From NCBI RefSeq assembly GCF_006345805.1, contig NC_043005.1:47120001-47184000 (forward strand): 64,000 nucleotides of DNA, in the 5' to 3' direction. This document shows positions 11,719 through 23,205 of the stretch, one piece after another. Position numbers and translations under genes: made by a program. Below the pieces are notes generated by a model. The model had not been told where the DNA came from and made no database searches. It saw only the letters and a list, made by a program, of their open reading frames with translations. The stretch's first letter is position 1; the number at the start of each line of letters is the position of its first letter. The stretch is from Octopus sinensis (lineage: Eukaryota).

Positions 11719-14010
11719 GTTTATCCGTGGGAAGAAAAGCCTACGAAAATACCACGGTAACCTCGGTCAATATTGTTATATGTTACCACATTTGTTTGCA
11801 TGTGGTTAAACCTCTGTTTTCAATTTCTGGGTTCATAGGATTATGCTCAAGGTGACTTCTTCATTCATACGTGTCATCCTTGCTACATTCACCCATCTTT
11901 TTTTAAAACATTCGCTAGACAAAACTTGCCTCTCTACTATCATCCTTTCCTTTCAGTGGTACTTGAAGAAGTTGATGAGAGATTGACCAGAAAGGAAGGT
12001 GTTTGTTCCTAATCCTTTCAGACGCGTCCACCAGATACATTCTTTCGCCATAGCCACAAGGATGATGAAAATAGCTTTCCTTCCCGTTTGAAGGAAGGAG
12101 GCGTGACAATATTGACGATAGACTCAGCTGATAAACCGACTCGTCCCACACGTGACAGCAGTTGTTCGACATAAGCCCACAGGTCGGAAATTGTTGGACA
12201 CTGCACGAGTGCGCGCAGAACGGTTTCGTCGCTCTGACTGCATCTCGGGCAGGTCGGCCCCGTGTTTCTCGAGCCGTGTCTGTAGAGCTTATTCCGAACG
12301 GGTAGCGCTTCTCGGTAGCACTGCCAGGCCAGGGATCTCTGGAAGTTGTCCATGGGCTCTGGCCCGAAAGTCGTCCCGAACAGGCGGGTCAGGTATTCCT
12401 CGTCGACGTCCAGGTTCGCCCCGAGCTCGTCGTCGTACCTTCCCTCCACTACTCCCCTATAGAATGCTTTGGTTGTGATGGAGTCACTCAAGGTCGACCC
12501 GGGACGGCAGAGTTGCTTGAAAGCAACGCGACACTCACTGTGCCATTCACCCTTCCTCGGCCTCTTTTTGATCCACGACTGCAGTTCGGTCATGGAGACG
12601 AGCTGCGGGAAAGCGTGCCTCACAAACGGCGACCACACCTGTTCACCGTCGTCTACGAAGAGCCTGAGATGTCGCAGTCTCAGCGCGTGTCTGTGCATCA
12701 TCAACCACGGCATGCCCAGTCCTCCTTTTAACAGGTGTTGACAGCAAATGGATCGCCTGACCATCGGGACGCCTCCTTTCCACAAGAAACGAAGAGAATG
12801 CGTTCTAGTTTGGTGATGGTAGGGTCGGGACAAGGCACGACGGTCAGGTGGTAGTAGATGACGGACGCGATGTACGTGTTCGCCACCTCCGCCCGACCTT
12901 TTAGGAACAGTTTCCTCTCGGCCCATTGCCGGGCTAGAGTGACCACCCTACTCGTTATCTCGTTCCAGTTCTTCTCCACTTGGAGGTCCGGACCGAACCA
13001 GACCCCGAGCAACTCGACCGGACCGTCGGTCCAGCGTCCCACGACGGAGGCGCTGGTGGACGGCATGAGCTTGCTTCTCCAGGTGCCTAGTCGCAAGTCC
13101 ACTGACTTTTCCCGGTCGATTTTTGCTCCTGTCACCGCTTCGTAGTTTTTCGGTGTCTCGCTGACCTGCTCGATGTGCTCATGGCTAGACACTATGACGG
13201 TGACGTCGTCTGCGTATGCAGACACGCTCGTCCCGCATCCCAGTTCTCGCGGGATGCCCCTCAGAGTTTCCAGCTTCCACAATAATGGTTCGAGAGTCAA
13301 TACGTATAGAAGCGACGAGAGGGGGCATCCCTGACGGACCGAACGTGCGATGTCGAAAGGCCTCGATAGATGTCCATTTACACGAACTACCGAACGGATG
13401 CCTCTGTACAAAGCGGTTATCCAGCCGCTCTGAGGATTGCCTCCAAGTATCGATGGTCCACCCTATCGAAAGCTTTCGATTGATCCAAATTGATCAGCGC
13501 CCCACCCATGCCAGGTTCGTTAACTACCCTGTTTATAATGTAGCGCATCAGGTGGAGGTTGTCATGGATGGTCCGGCCCAGCACGGCGCACGTTTGCGCC
13601 TTGTCGACCAGTTTCTCGATGACAAGCGCCAACCTCTTGGCTAACACCTTGGCTAAAATTTTCAAGTCTGCATTAAGGAGAGTGATGGGCCTAAAGTTAT
13701 CTATTACATTTCCCTTGTTTAGACCTTTCTTCAGCAGTGTTACGGCTCCTCGGCTCACAAAGCCAGGAATGCTCCCGTTTTGCTGCCAGTTGCAGTACAC
13801 CGCTGCCAAGACGTCTCCAAACAAGTCTGGCATACAACTGTAAAGCTCGCAGGGTAGACCATCCAAACCCGGCGATTTGTCCCTCGAGCATTCTGTCATC
13901 GCGTCCTGCACTTCCGCCGCCGTGATGGCACCTTCGCAGCACCCTGCCTCTCTTGTCGAGAGTCGTGGTAGGCTGTGTAGGTAGGCACTGAAGTCCACCC
14001 TACGTTCTTG
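11717..14010 (-). mobile_element. Second Tx1-clade LINE copy (RT + CCHC), 5'-truncated and lacking the last ~220 nt of 3' UTR; ORF2 stop at ~11833
   Basis: KSPGLDGLP, NFRPITLLNADLKILAKVLAKRL, LDQSKAFDRVDH, RQGCPLSSLLYVL, AYADD, CPRCSQSDETVLRALVQC; close but non-identical paralog of 8395-10730; ~22-nt deletion near 13430. Confidence 0.93.
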
Positions 14011-14220
<210 letters not shown>

Positions 14221-14329
14221 GAGAGAGGGTAAATCGATAGGTAAATAGATAAACAGAGAGAGATATATGAGGAGGGAGAGTGAGAAAAATAGACAACAGA
14301 CAGAGACAGAGAAACAAAGACAGACTGGC

Positions 14330-14363
<34 letters not shown>

Positions 14364-14617
14364 GTGTGCGCGTATGTATGTGAGAAGAGAGAGAGGGAGA
14401 GAGACAGTAGGGATTTAAAGGACGAATTGGTGAGAAATGAAGATTTGTTTTGGTCAAATGCCAAAGAATATATTTGACCAAACATTCGATAGACAATGTA
14501 TGACAGCAAATAACTTTCATTGGATATAGATTATAAACTTTAAAGAAAGCTATTTACTGGATTTTGAAAGATATGACTGAATGTATTGGAATGTATATAA
14601 AAGGAAATAAACACACA

Positions 14618-14649
<32 letters not shown>

Positions 14650-14808
14650 AAATAACACGGGTAACAACAAGTTTAATACATCTTTATGGGGTTTTTTCTA
14701 TTCTGTTCGATGTTTTTTTTATCAAAATACATTTTAAATCGAGGTAATATTCTTACAGCTATGGTTTTTGATTGCTCAAATTATATAGAAAATAAAGAAA
14801 TATCTTTG

Positions 14809-14815
<7 letters not shown>

Positions 14816-14869
<54 letters not shown>

Positions 14870-14870
14870 G

Positions 14871-14939
<69 letters not shown>

Positions 14940-15204
14940 AGTTAATCCAAACAAGAAAACAAAAAGACAACAACGTGAGGATGTGGAACAAATAAAGTAT
15001 TATTGGGCGCTCAGGAAAGAAGGGAAGATATATATATATATATAACCTAATATATGTATATATATATATACATATATATATCCTAATATATGATGTATAT
15101 AATATATTATATATATATTATTATATATATATATAACCTAATATATGTATATATATATATATATATATCCTAATATATTATATATATATATATATTATAT
15201 ATAT

Positions 15205-15274
<70 letters not shown>

Positions 15275-15290
15275 TATACATATGTATATA
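14816..15290. repeat. Complex (TA)n array
   Basis: Direct reading; interrupted by the 14941-15030 repeat fragment. Confidence 0.9.
14941..15030 (-). mobile_element. Fragment of the Penelope-LTR-like family at 32545-32735
   Basis: GTTAATCCAA..AAGAAA..ACAACAACGTGAGGATGTGGAACAAATA..GTATTATTGGGCGCTCAGGAAAGAAGG matches 32545-32635; stops before the hammerhead motif. Confidence 0.6.
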
Positions 15291-15409
15291 ATACAGTTTA
15301 CGAACCTTCAGTTTTTATATGCTAGACCATTGGTTTTACATTGATGTTAATCAAATTAATATCCAATTTTTTCACCCCCATTTTAATTATATATATATAT
15401 ATATATATA

Positions 15410-16308
15410 TTAGGTTGTCAAGTAAGTAGTTTTGTTTTCCGTAAATAGATAAAGTTAAGATGTTTTTGAATGAGTTTTGTCGATGTTATGATTTTTTTCC
15501 TTTTGACATTTGATAGCCATTACTTTAGGCTTTCTTCAGAAGCAAATTCCGCGTAATTTTGTTTACAGCTGTTATTTCAAAATCAGTTTTAACATGGAGT
15601 GCAAAAACGAACATTCTAGCCATATTTTGCCTTTTTTATTTCCATAAAGGCAAGAATGCTGCCGAGGATCACAAAGAGATATGTGAAGTTTATGGTATTA
15701 ACAGAACACACATGTCAGAAATAGTTTTAAAAATTCTGTTGAAGAGATTTTTCACTCAAAGATGACCAACTTTCTGGTCGATCTACTGAAGTTTACGATG
15801 ACTATATCAAATCCATAATCAAATCTGATTGTCATATAACTGTGCAAGAGATTGCAGAAAGGTTAAATGTATCACATACCACAGTTGATAATCACTTAAA
15901 ATGTCTTGGACTGGTTAAGAAGCTCGATATTTGGGTTCCACATAAATTGAAAGAGACTCACTTAACACAACGAATCAATATTTGCGATATGCCTCTCAAA
16001 CGCAATAAAATCAACCTTTTTTTGAAACGAATCATCACTGGTGATGAGAAATGGATTGTATACAATAACATCAATCGAAAACGACCATGGTCCTAGCGCA
16101 ATGAAACAGTGCAAACCACATCGAAAGCTGAATAGCATTAAAAAAAAATGTTACGGTATCAACTTGGTGGGATTACAAATGTATTGTGTATATTGAGCAG
16201 TTTACAAGGAGCCAAACGATCAATTCAGATGTTTACTGTCAACAACTAATGAAACTAGAGGAAGCAATCAAAGAAAGACGGCCAGAATTGGCAAATCGTA
16301 AAGGAATC
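15410..16308 (+). mobile_element. Mariner transposon, 3'-truncated, transposase pseudogene (ATG 15594)
   Basis: ITR-like TA|TTAGGTTG inside (TA)n; HKGKNAAEDHKEICEVYG, IAERLNVSHTTV HTH, WVPHKL, ITGDEKW (first catalytic D), WWDYK, TINSDVYCQQL; stops and frameshifts. Confidence 0.92.
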
Positions 16309-16670
16309 GCGAACTTTAACAGGCAGCCATGCTTATCAAAATAAGCATAAAACCACATACGTACAATATTTGAAAAACAATATCACAATATCATATAACC
16401 AAATGAGTGAATTCTCACAGCATTTCGTAAAAATATTTCCATTTCACCCCCATATCTTTTAACTGATAGTTGAATGAGAGAATTCAAGAACTATTGCGTA
16501 TAACCTCACTTGAATCTCACTAAGAACATCTGAGTAACAGCCGGTGAGTACGAGAAAACGTGTTCAGGCATATGCAATTTATTGACTTTCTAATGAAAGC
16601 ACATACTAATAAAACTAACTATTTAACTGCAAGGGCCTGTTAAATTTATGCCGTATATATATATATATAT

Positions 16671-16767
16671 AACGTAAAAGACATTTTCTATTCCTGAGCG
16701 TTATACTAATACATCTGTTTGTTTTGTACACCTCCTGTCTTCGTCTTTTGTCTTCTTCGTAAACTCT

Positions 16768-16772
<5 letters not shown>
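16671..16772 (+). mobile_element. Fragment of the Penelope-LTR-like family at 5008-5140
   Basis: AACGTAAAAGAC..TTCCTGAGCGTTA.ACTAA.ACA.CTGTTTG..GTCTTCGTCTTT..GTAAA matches 5046-5140. Confidence 0.6.
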
Positions 16773-16810
<38 letters not shown>

Positions 16811-17397
16811 GGAGAAATTATACAAAATGAATAAGTAGATGATGAATGAGTAAAGCACCAGCACAGTATCGATTACCTGTTGTCAAACGTAGAGTTATTG
16901 CAGGAACTTCGTAGTGGTGGTTGGGGTGATAGTATTAATAAAATATATGGAATGAGTAAAATATTTTATTAGGTACGACACATGTTTCGACCCGTTCTGG
17001 ATCTCTTTGCGTACATCAATAAAAAAGATTTACCAGAAATTTTCTGATTCAGTCTTACGTACCGTTATATGTCCATCAACTTCGATATATATATATATAT
17101 GCTGTTTCTCATTAAATGCGAGATGCTTATTACAAGTTAGCTAAGTGAGGGAGTCTATAATTGCATTCTAAACCCCGTCTGGGCAATAGCAAAACTGAAC
17201 TACGCTTTTATACACTAACTAAATGAATATCAGAAATAGCAGTCAAGCATTCCTCAAATCACACCCTGACGTCTTAGTCACGCAAAATGGACATTAAATA
17301 ATGAGTATAATTGTAGAAACCACTAAATAGGACGAGATGGTCACGGCTTGACTGCTTTTGATGAGTTTGTTCAATCGCGGCCAAAATTGAGCTAGGC

Positions 17398-17453
17398 CAC
17401 CGCCACCACCATCACCACCACCACCACCACCACCACCGCCGCCCTCATCACTT

Positions 17454-17490
<37 letters not shown>

Positions 17491-17491
17491 A

Positions 17492-17521
<30 letters not shown>
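17398..17521. repeat. (CAC)n followed by (TAC)n
   Basis: Direct reading; source of the poly-G/poly-S ORF artefact. Confidence 0.95.
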
Positions 17522-17522
<1 letters not shown>

Positions 17523-17739
17523 TGAGCTGTGTATATAGTTCGGCATATCAAGACAGCAGGTTAATTATCAGTTTATGTCGGAAACAATATATGACAAGTC
17601 AATTTACATTTGGGGGTTTGACAGATTTTCCTTGACATAATCGATAATCAGATAACCCGAATACACATATGATGCGAGTGCCCAGTGATTGCGCGCATGT
17701 GTGTATGTGAACATGTTTGTGAGTGATGCACATATAAAT

Positions 17740-17917
17740 ATACATACACACACACGTTTATACATACATATACACGCACGAAGATATGTACATATATATA
17801 TATATATTTGTATACATATATATATATATATTTGTATACATATACATACATATGTATATATATATATATGTACATATATATGTACATATATATACATATA
17901 TATACATATATATATAC

Positions 17918-17994
<77 letters not shown>

Positions 17995-18020
17995 CATATA
18001 TATATGCATATATATATGTA
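17740..18020. repeat. Complex (TA)n/(TACA) array
   Basis: Direct reading. Confidence 0.9.
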
Positions 18021-18790
18021 TAACGAAAATAATATACAATATATACACACACATAAATGTGATATAATACACAAGATTTATATTACGCGTATATATTATA
18101 TATGTATATGTATGCAGAGAGAGAGAGAGAGAAAGAGAGAGTATGAGAAGGAGGAAGTGAGAGATAGGGACATCATGTGAGTGCGTGCAAATACATCTTG
18201 AAGAAGACAGTAGGGCCGACGTAATCAACTGCGTCTTCTCACTTCATCAAGGTCAGTTCTTAAAGAGGACGGTGAGTTCGATTGTACTGATACCAACATG
18301 CAATGCTGTTATCTATTTTACAAGCGCAATAAGGAAGGATTTAGAGAAAATTCAAATTAGAATGGAAAAGGAAGAACCTAATCGTGCAACGTCTTTATGC
18401 AGGAGCTCGACTGTCACCACCATTTCCAATACCTGAATAAAATAACTTGATATGGTAATGTAAATTCATCCGAGTAACTTTGCTTACATACATACATAAA
18501 CACACACACACATACACTCTCTGTCTGTCTCTCTGTCTCTCTCTCTCTCTTACACATATACACACACATATTCAGATACACATATATATGTAATATGCTA
18601 GTATGAAAATGTGTACGTATTTATGTGTGTATACGTGGATACACATAAGACGCAAGAGTTTTAAAATATGTGAAAAATACATTTTACATTGATCATTATT
18701 TATCTCTATGTGGTATAAAACTTAACTAAAGTTGGTCAGGAAGTATATCATATAAAATACTGACAGTGTGCACAGAAATTCAATTCAATA

Positions 18791-18826
<36 letters not shown>

Positions 18827-18844
18827 CATATATATATATGTATG

Positions 18845-18882
<38 letters not shown>

Positions 18883-18892
18883 AGTGTGTGGA

Positions 18893-19200
18893 GGCGCAAT
18901 GGCCTAGTGGTTAGGGCAGCGGACTCGCGGTCGTTGGATCGCGGTTTCGATTCCCAGACCGAGTGCTGTGAGTGTTTATTGAGCAATTACACCTAAAGCT
19001 CCACGAGGCTCCAGCAGTGGTTGGTGGCGATCCCTGGTGAAATATTTCGTCACAACTTTCCCTCACTCTTTCTTCTATTGGCCTGCTTGCTTAGCAAGCG
19101 GGGTGGCGTCCATTTGAAGGTTAAAACAATGCGAAGCGCATTGTGACCAGCGATGTGTAGCACATCTGATAGCCTGGTCAGTCACGGTGATCACGGTGAT
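18893..19200 (+). mobile_element. tRNA-derived SINE family 3, apparently full length
   Basis: Pol III A box TGGCCTAGTGG and B box GGTTTCGATTCC in a tRNA-like head; 3' tail ends in duplicated CACGGTGAT; flanked by TG/TA microsatellites. Confidence 0.85.
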
Positions 19201-19221
19201 ACATATATATATATATATATG

Positions 19222-19290
<69 letters not shown>

Positions 19291-19464
19291 TATATAATAT
19301 ATGTATGTATATGTATATATATATGTATGTATGTATGTATACACACACGCATATACGTTTACATACATACATATTTATGTTTGTATGTGTTGGTACTAGA
19401 TTTTCTACTTAGAGGAGGTAGAACTCTACCGTCTCTTATTAATTTCTCTCCTTTCAACTTGCCC

Positions 19465-19491
19465 CTGATGAAGGATTGTTTCCGAAACGCT
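19465..19491 (+). ncRNA. Hammerhead ribozyme catalytic core (partial, probably decayed)
   Basis: CTGATGA-A-GGA-ttgtt-TCC-GAAAC: canonical CUGANGA/GAAA core with a 3-bp stem II; the cleavage triplet and stem I cannot be completed. Confidence 0.4.
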
Positions 19492-19636
19492 AAATTTACA
19501 ACCCTCCACAGAAAGTTCATAGTGCTCTATCGACTTTACTACTATATATACACACACATATACATACATACATACATACATACATGCATACATACATATA
19601 TATATATATATAATATATATATATATTATATATATA

Positions 19637-20042
19637 GGCGCAGGAATGGATGTGTGGTAAGTAGCTTGTTTACCAACCACATGGTACCGGGTTCAGTCCC
19701 ACTGCGTGGCACCTTAGGCAAGTGTCTTCTACTATAGCCTCGGGCCGACCAAAGCCTTGTGAGTGGATTTGGTAGACGGAAACTGAAAGAAGCCCGTCGT
19801 ATATATGTATATATATATGTATATGTGTGTGTGCGTGTATGTTTGTGTTTGTCCCCTTAGCATTGCTTGACAACCGATGCTGGTGTGTTTATGTCCCCGT
19901 CACTTAGCGGTTCGGCAAAAGAGACCGATAGAATAAGTACTGGGCTTACAAAGAATAAGTGCCGGGGTCGAGTTGCTCGACTAAAGGCGGTGCTCCAGCA
20001 TGGCCGCAGTCAAATGACTGAAACAAGTAAAAGAGTAAAAGA
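19637..20042 (+). mobile_element. tRNA-derived SINE family 1 (CORE-like segment, internal microsatellite), full length
   Basis: A box TGG.TGTGTGG, B box GGTTCAGTCC, CORE-like GCGTGGCACCTT.GGCAAGTGTCTT, internal (TA)n(TG)n, 3' tail GCATGGCCGCAGTCAAATGACTGAAAC-(AAGTAAAAG)n; many copies in the window. Confidence 0.9.
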
Positions 20043-20402
20043 ATAATGTTATAATGAAATCCACAAGTCTCGTGAAGTGCAGCTACCCAGAGTTTTGTGG
20101 CCGAAACATTAATTTAGTTCGCCATTTTTCAAGTTTTCAAGCTAGGTACAAGACCGTTTGTCGTTTGCTTTTAAAGCAGATGACATTCGAACAGAGGACG
20201 CTCATAAGGAATAAAGCAATGAAAAACACAGGAAAGATGACCGATGTTACAATAAACAAATGAAAAATAAATGTAGGCTCTAAAAGTAACTGACAAACGG
20301 CCTTGTTCTCAGCTCGAAAAATGGCGAAATAAATTAACATTGCGGCCTCGAAACCCTAGGTAGTTGTATTTCCCAAGACTTGTAATTTTAATTTAACATT
20401 AT
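20043..20402. mobile_element. Long-TIR foldback element / MITE (~135-bp arms, ~100-bp spacer)
   Basis: 20063-20177 is the imperfect reverse complement of 20277-20383 (e.g. TTAATTTA.TTCGCCATTTTTC, ACAAG.CCGTTTGTC); the match extends loosely to 20043/20402. Confidence 0.7.
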
Positions 20403-21513
20403 CTTTCTTCACTTAGCTAATCGAGTGCTATTCTATTTGTGGCAGACTTACCACCACACACACACACACCACAGAGGCACGCACTCAAGCATACACATAC
20501 ACACACACTCACGCACACACACATACACACATGGTATTTTAATCCACACAAGTATCAGATAACTCGAAACTAAATAAAATGTAAAGTACTTAAAGAAATG
20601 TGCTTACAACTTAACTCCCCATTGGCAGACTCTAAATTGTACAGTGCAAAAGTGAGTATTTCCCACCTATATTCATCGATATGTTTTTTCTTCAATCAGA
20701 TTGATACTATTGGTTATTGTTTATTATTATTTTTTTGTAAATTTTAAACAGAATGTATTTTGTTTCTCTTAAATATGAACATTAAATCTTGTCTATGCTA
20801 ACTTTCGGTTCCCCGTTTTTGGTGGTTGTGATGGCAGTGGTGATGCGGATGATGGACGTCTCAGTCGTTCGATCAACTCAATTTGCTACTGTTCTGCATT
20901 CTTCAGTTACGTGTATCCTCAATTTCAATGCAGCCTGGTACCTGAATTACCGGTGTTATCAAGCAAATCGGCTTTTGTCTAATTTCCGTCAACCTAATAT
21001 TAATCCCCATGCTCTATATGTTATCCAAAAAAAAAAAAAAAACACAGCGAAAAGAAACATATATGTTATTCTTAAAACGCTTCTTCGTGGATGAATTAAA
21101 AAACACTTTCTAAGGAATTAATGTACGGATAAAAGATGTAGGGAGTCTTCTAACAGACAGTTTCTTGGTTTGTCGACGACTGTTCTGCAGAGAGTCGCGC
21201 CTGATTGGCTATTCCAATCAGTAGCATTGCTCTTCTGCAGCTTTGCTTTAAGATGTGTCTTGCATAAAATAGCTACTGTCTTATTGATGGTTAATCGTGC
21301 CAGACTTACTTATTGTGCTAGCCTAATTTATGACAGTAGACGTATGCTACAAAGTGGGTACAGGAATCGGGTGCATTTTCTGAGGAGCAGTCTTCAAACA
21401 AGTGGCACACGTCAGTTGTATAAAAAGAATTAGCGTCACCCAGTGATGCTAATTAAAGTGCGTGTATGTGCATGTATATATATATACACACACACAACAC
21501 GCACACACACAAG

Positions 21514-21544
<31 letters not shown>

Positions 21545-21545
<1 letters not shown>

Positions 21546-21720
21546 TTAGTTTCAAACCAAGGTAGCAATCTCTAGGGAGGGCGCTAATCGACTATATCGA
21601 CTCCAGTGCTCAACTGTTTTTTAGCGATTTCGAAAGAATGAAAGGTATAGTCGACCTCGGCGGAATTTGAACTCAAAATGCATTGTGACTGACGTGCTAA
21701 AGATTCTGTCAGCTCACCTA
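21545..21720 (-). mobile_element. SINE family 2, degraded, alternative tail
   Basis: Reverse complement has GAGTTCAAATTCCGCCGAGGTCGAC and GAGTCGATATAGTCGATT, matching 26075-26170. Confidence 0.7.
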
Positions 21721-22083
21721 TCTATCTATCTATCTATCTATCTATGGACGGACGCTAGTCATATCGGCTCCAAGTAAGTTGGCCACTTTTACATGTTTAA
21801 AACTCCTTGTTGTCAATATTTTGTTTTAATCGTTGTGCAAATTCATTCACTAAGAATCCTGAGAATTATTCACGTAGAATTCCGCCCCTGTATGGGCGAA
21901 ATTACAAAAAAACTTTCAAAACTTTCGTGGTTTTTTAGCCATTTTTCATTTTGAAAATGGCAACTAGAAACCACGTGCTAGCCCGCCAGTCATGCAGACA
22001 GACGGTAGCAAAACACTATTGCTACCACTAGCTGCTAAACATCGCAGCGTGAACACCGCTGTCACCACCATCACCACCACCAA

Positions 22084-22183
22084 NNNNNNNNNNNNNNNNN
22101 NNNNNNNNNNNNNNNNNNNNNNNNNNNNNNNNNNNNNNNNNNNNNNNNNNNNNNNNNNNNNNNNNNNNNNNNNNNNNNNNNNN
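22084..22183. other. Assembly gap (100 N)
   Basis: Run of exactly 100 N. Confidence 1.
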
Positions 22184-22219
22184 CACAACCCACACTTACA
22201 TATCTTTATATATATAAAT

Positions 22220-22282
22220 GCATGGCTGCAGTCAAATGACTGAAACAAGTAAAAGAATAAAAGAATAAAAGAATAAAAGAAT
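22220..22282 (+). mobile_element. SINE family 1 3' tail with (AAAAGAAT)n
   Basis: GCATGGCTGCAGTCAAATGACTGAAACAAGTAAAAG matches 19998-20040. Confidence 0.8.
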
Positions 22283-23167
22283 ATATATATGTATGCACCA
22301 GTTTTATTTGTTTTTTGTTCTCCATTTCCAAGCTACTTCTTTTTTTCCCTTTCTTTATTCCTTTCCGTCATTCCGTCCTTATTTATTTGTTCGCTTGCAT
22401 TTTTCATTTATTGATCCATGTATATTTTATATTCCTTTCGTTTTTATTTTATATTTTACTTCTTTCTTTTTGCCGTTATTTCTTTCTGTTTGTATTTTAA
22501 AACATTTTTATGCTATTTGTTCTTTTTCCATTTTTTTTTGCTTGCCTTTTTTTCCCCTTCTCTTGATGCCCCATTAGACTGCCCGTATTATTATAGCGGT
22601 TTATTGTCGTTGTTGTTGCTGTTTTTTTTTTAGTTGATCTCTATTGCTCTTTACACCTTATTTATATTTAATTTTTCCCTTGCTTTTTATTTTTTTATGC
22701 CTTATATTTGCATGTTTATTTTGGGGTTTTATTTTTTCAATCCTCCAGTAATTCGCTTGTTCGCAGCTGCCCCTGAGGCTAATAAACATATCAAATTTTG
22801 CTGTTTTTGTTATTGATATTATTACGATTTTTTTGTTCTTTTGCTTCTTTTTCTTTAGCCCCAGGTTTGCTCTGATCGGCCAAGTCTTTATAATTGAAAG
22901 CATTCCAACTGTGACTGTTCCATCTAATAAGTCTACAATTGCATTCGTTATGCAATGTGCCCTTCTGCTTTTAATAAGCCAGTCTGTGTTTTGTGGAAGG
23001 TTTGTCTACTTTTCTAGCATGTCGATTGACCACATGGGGGATTAACTTGGTTTACTATTGTTGTTTTACGTAATTGTAGTTGCCCTTGTTGTTAACACCT
23101 ATTGCATTTATTATTACTATTATTATTATCATTATTATTATTATTATTATTATTATTTTATTATTAT

Positions 23168-23205
<38 letters not shown>

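Noticed and set aside
18185-18436. 83-aa [12 protein letters not shown]... listed on the minus strand
   Set aside because: The peptide actually reads from the plus strand (GTG CAA ATA CAT at 18185), so the track label appears wrong; no recognisable domain and only weak splice signals.
18893-18965. Possible tRNA gene
   Set aside because: The tRNA-like head continues into a SINE body and tail, with no proper acceptor stem or oligo-T terminator; the same applies to the other SINE heads.
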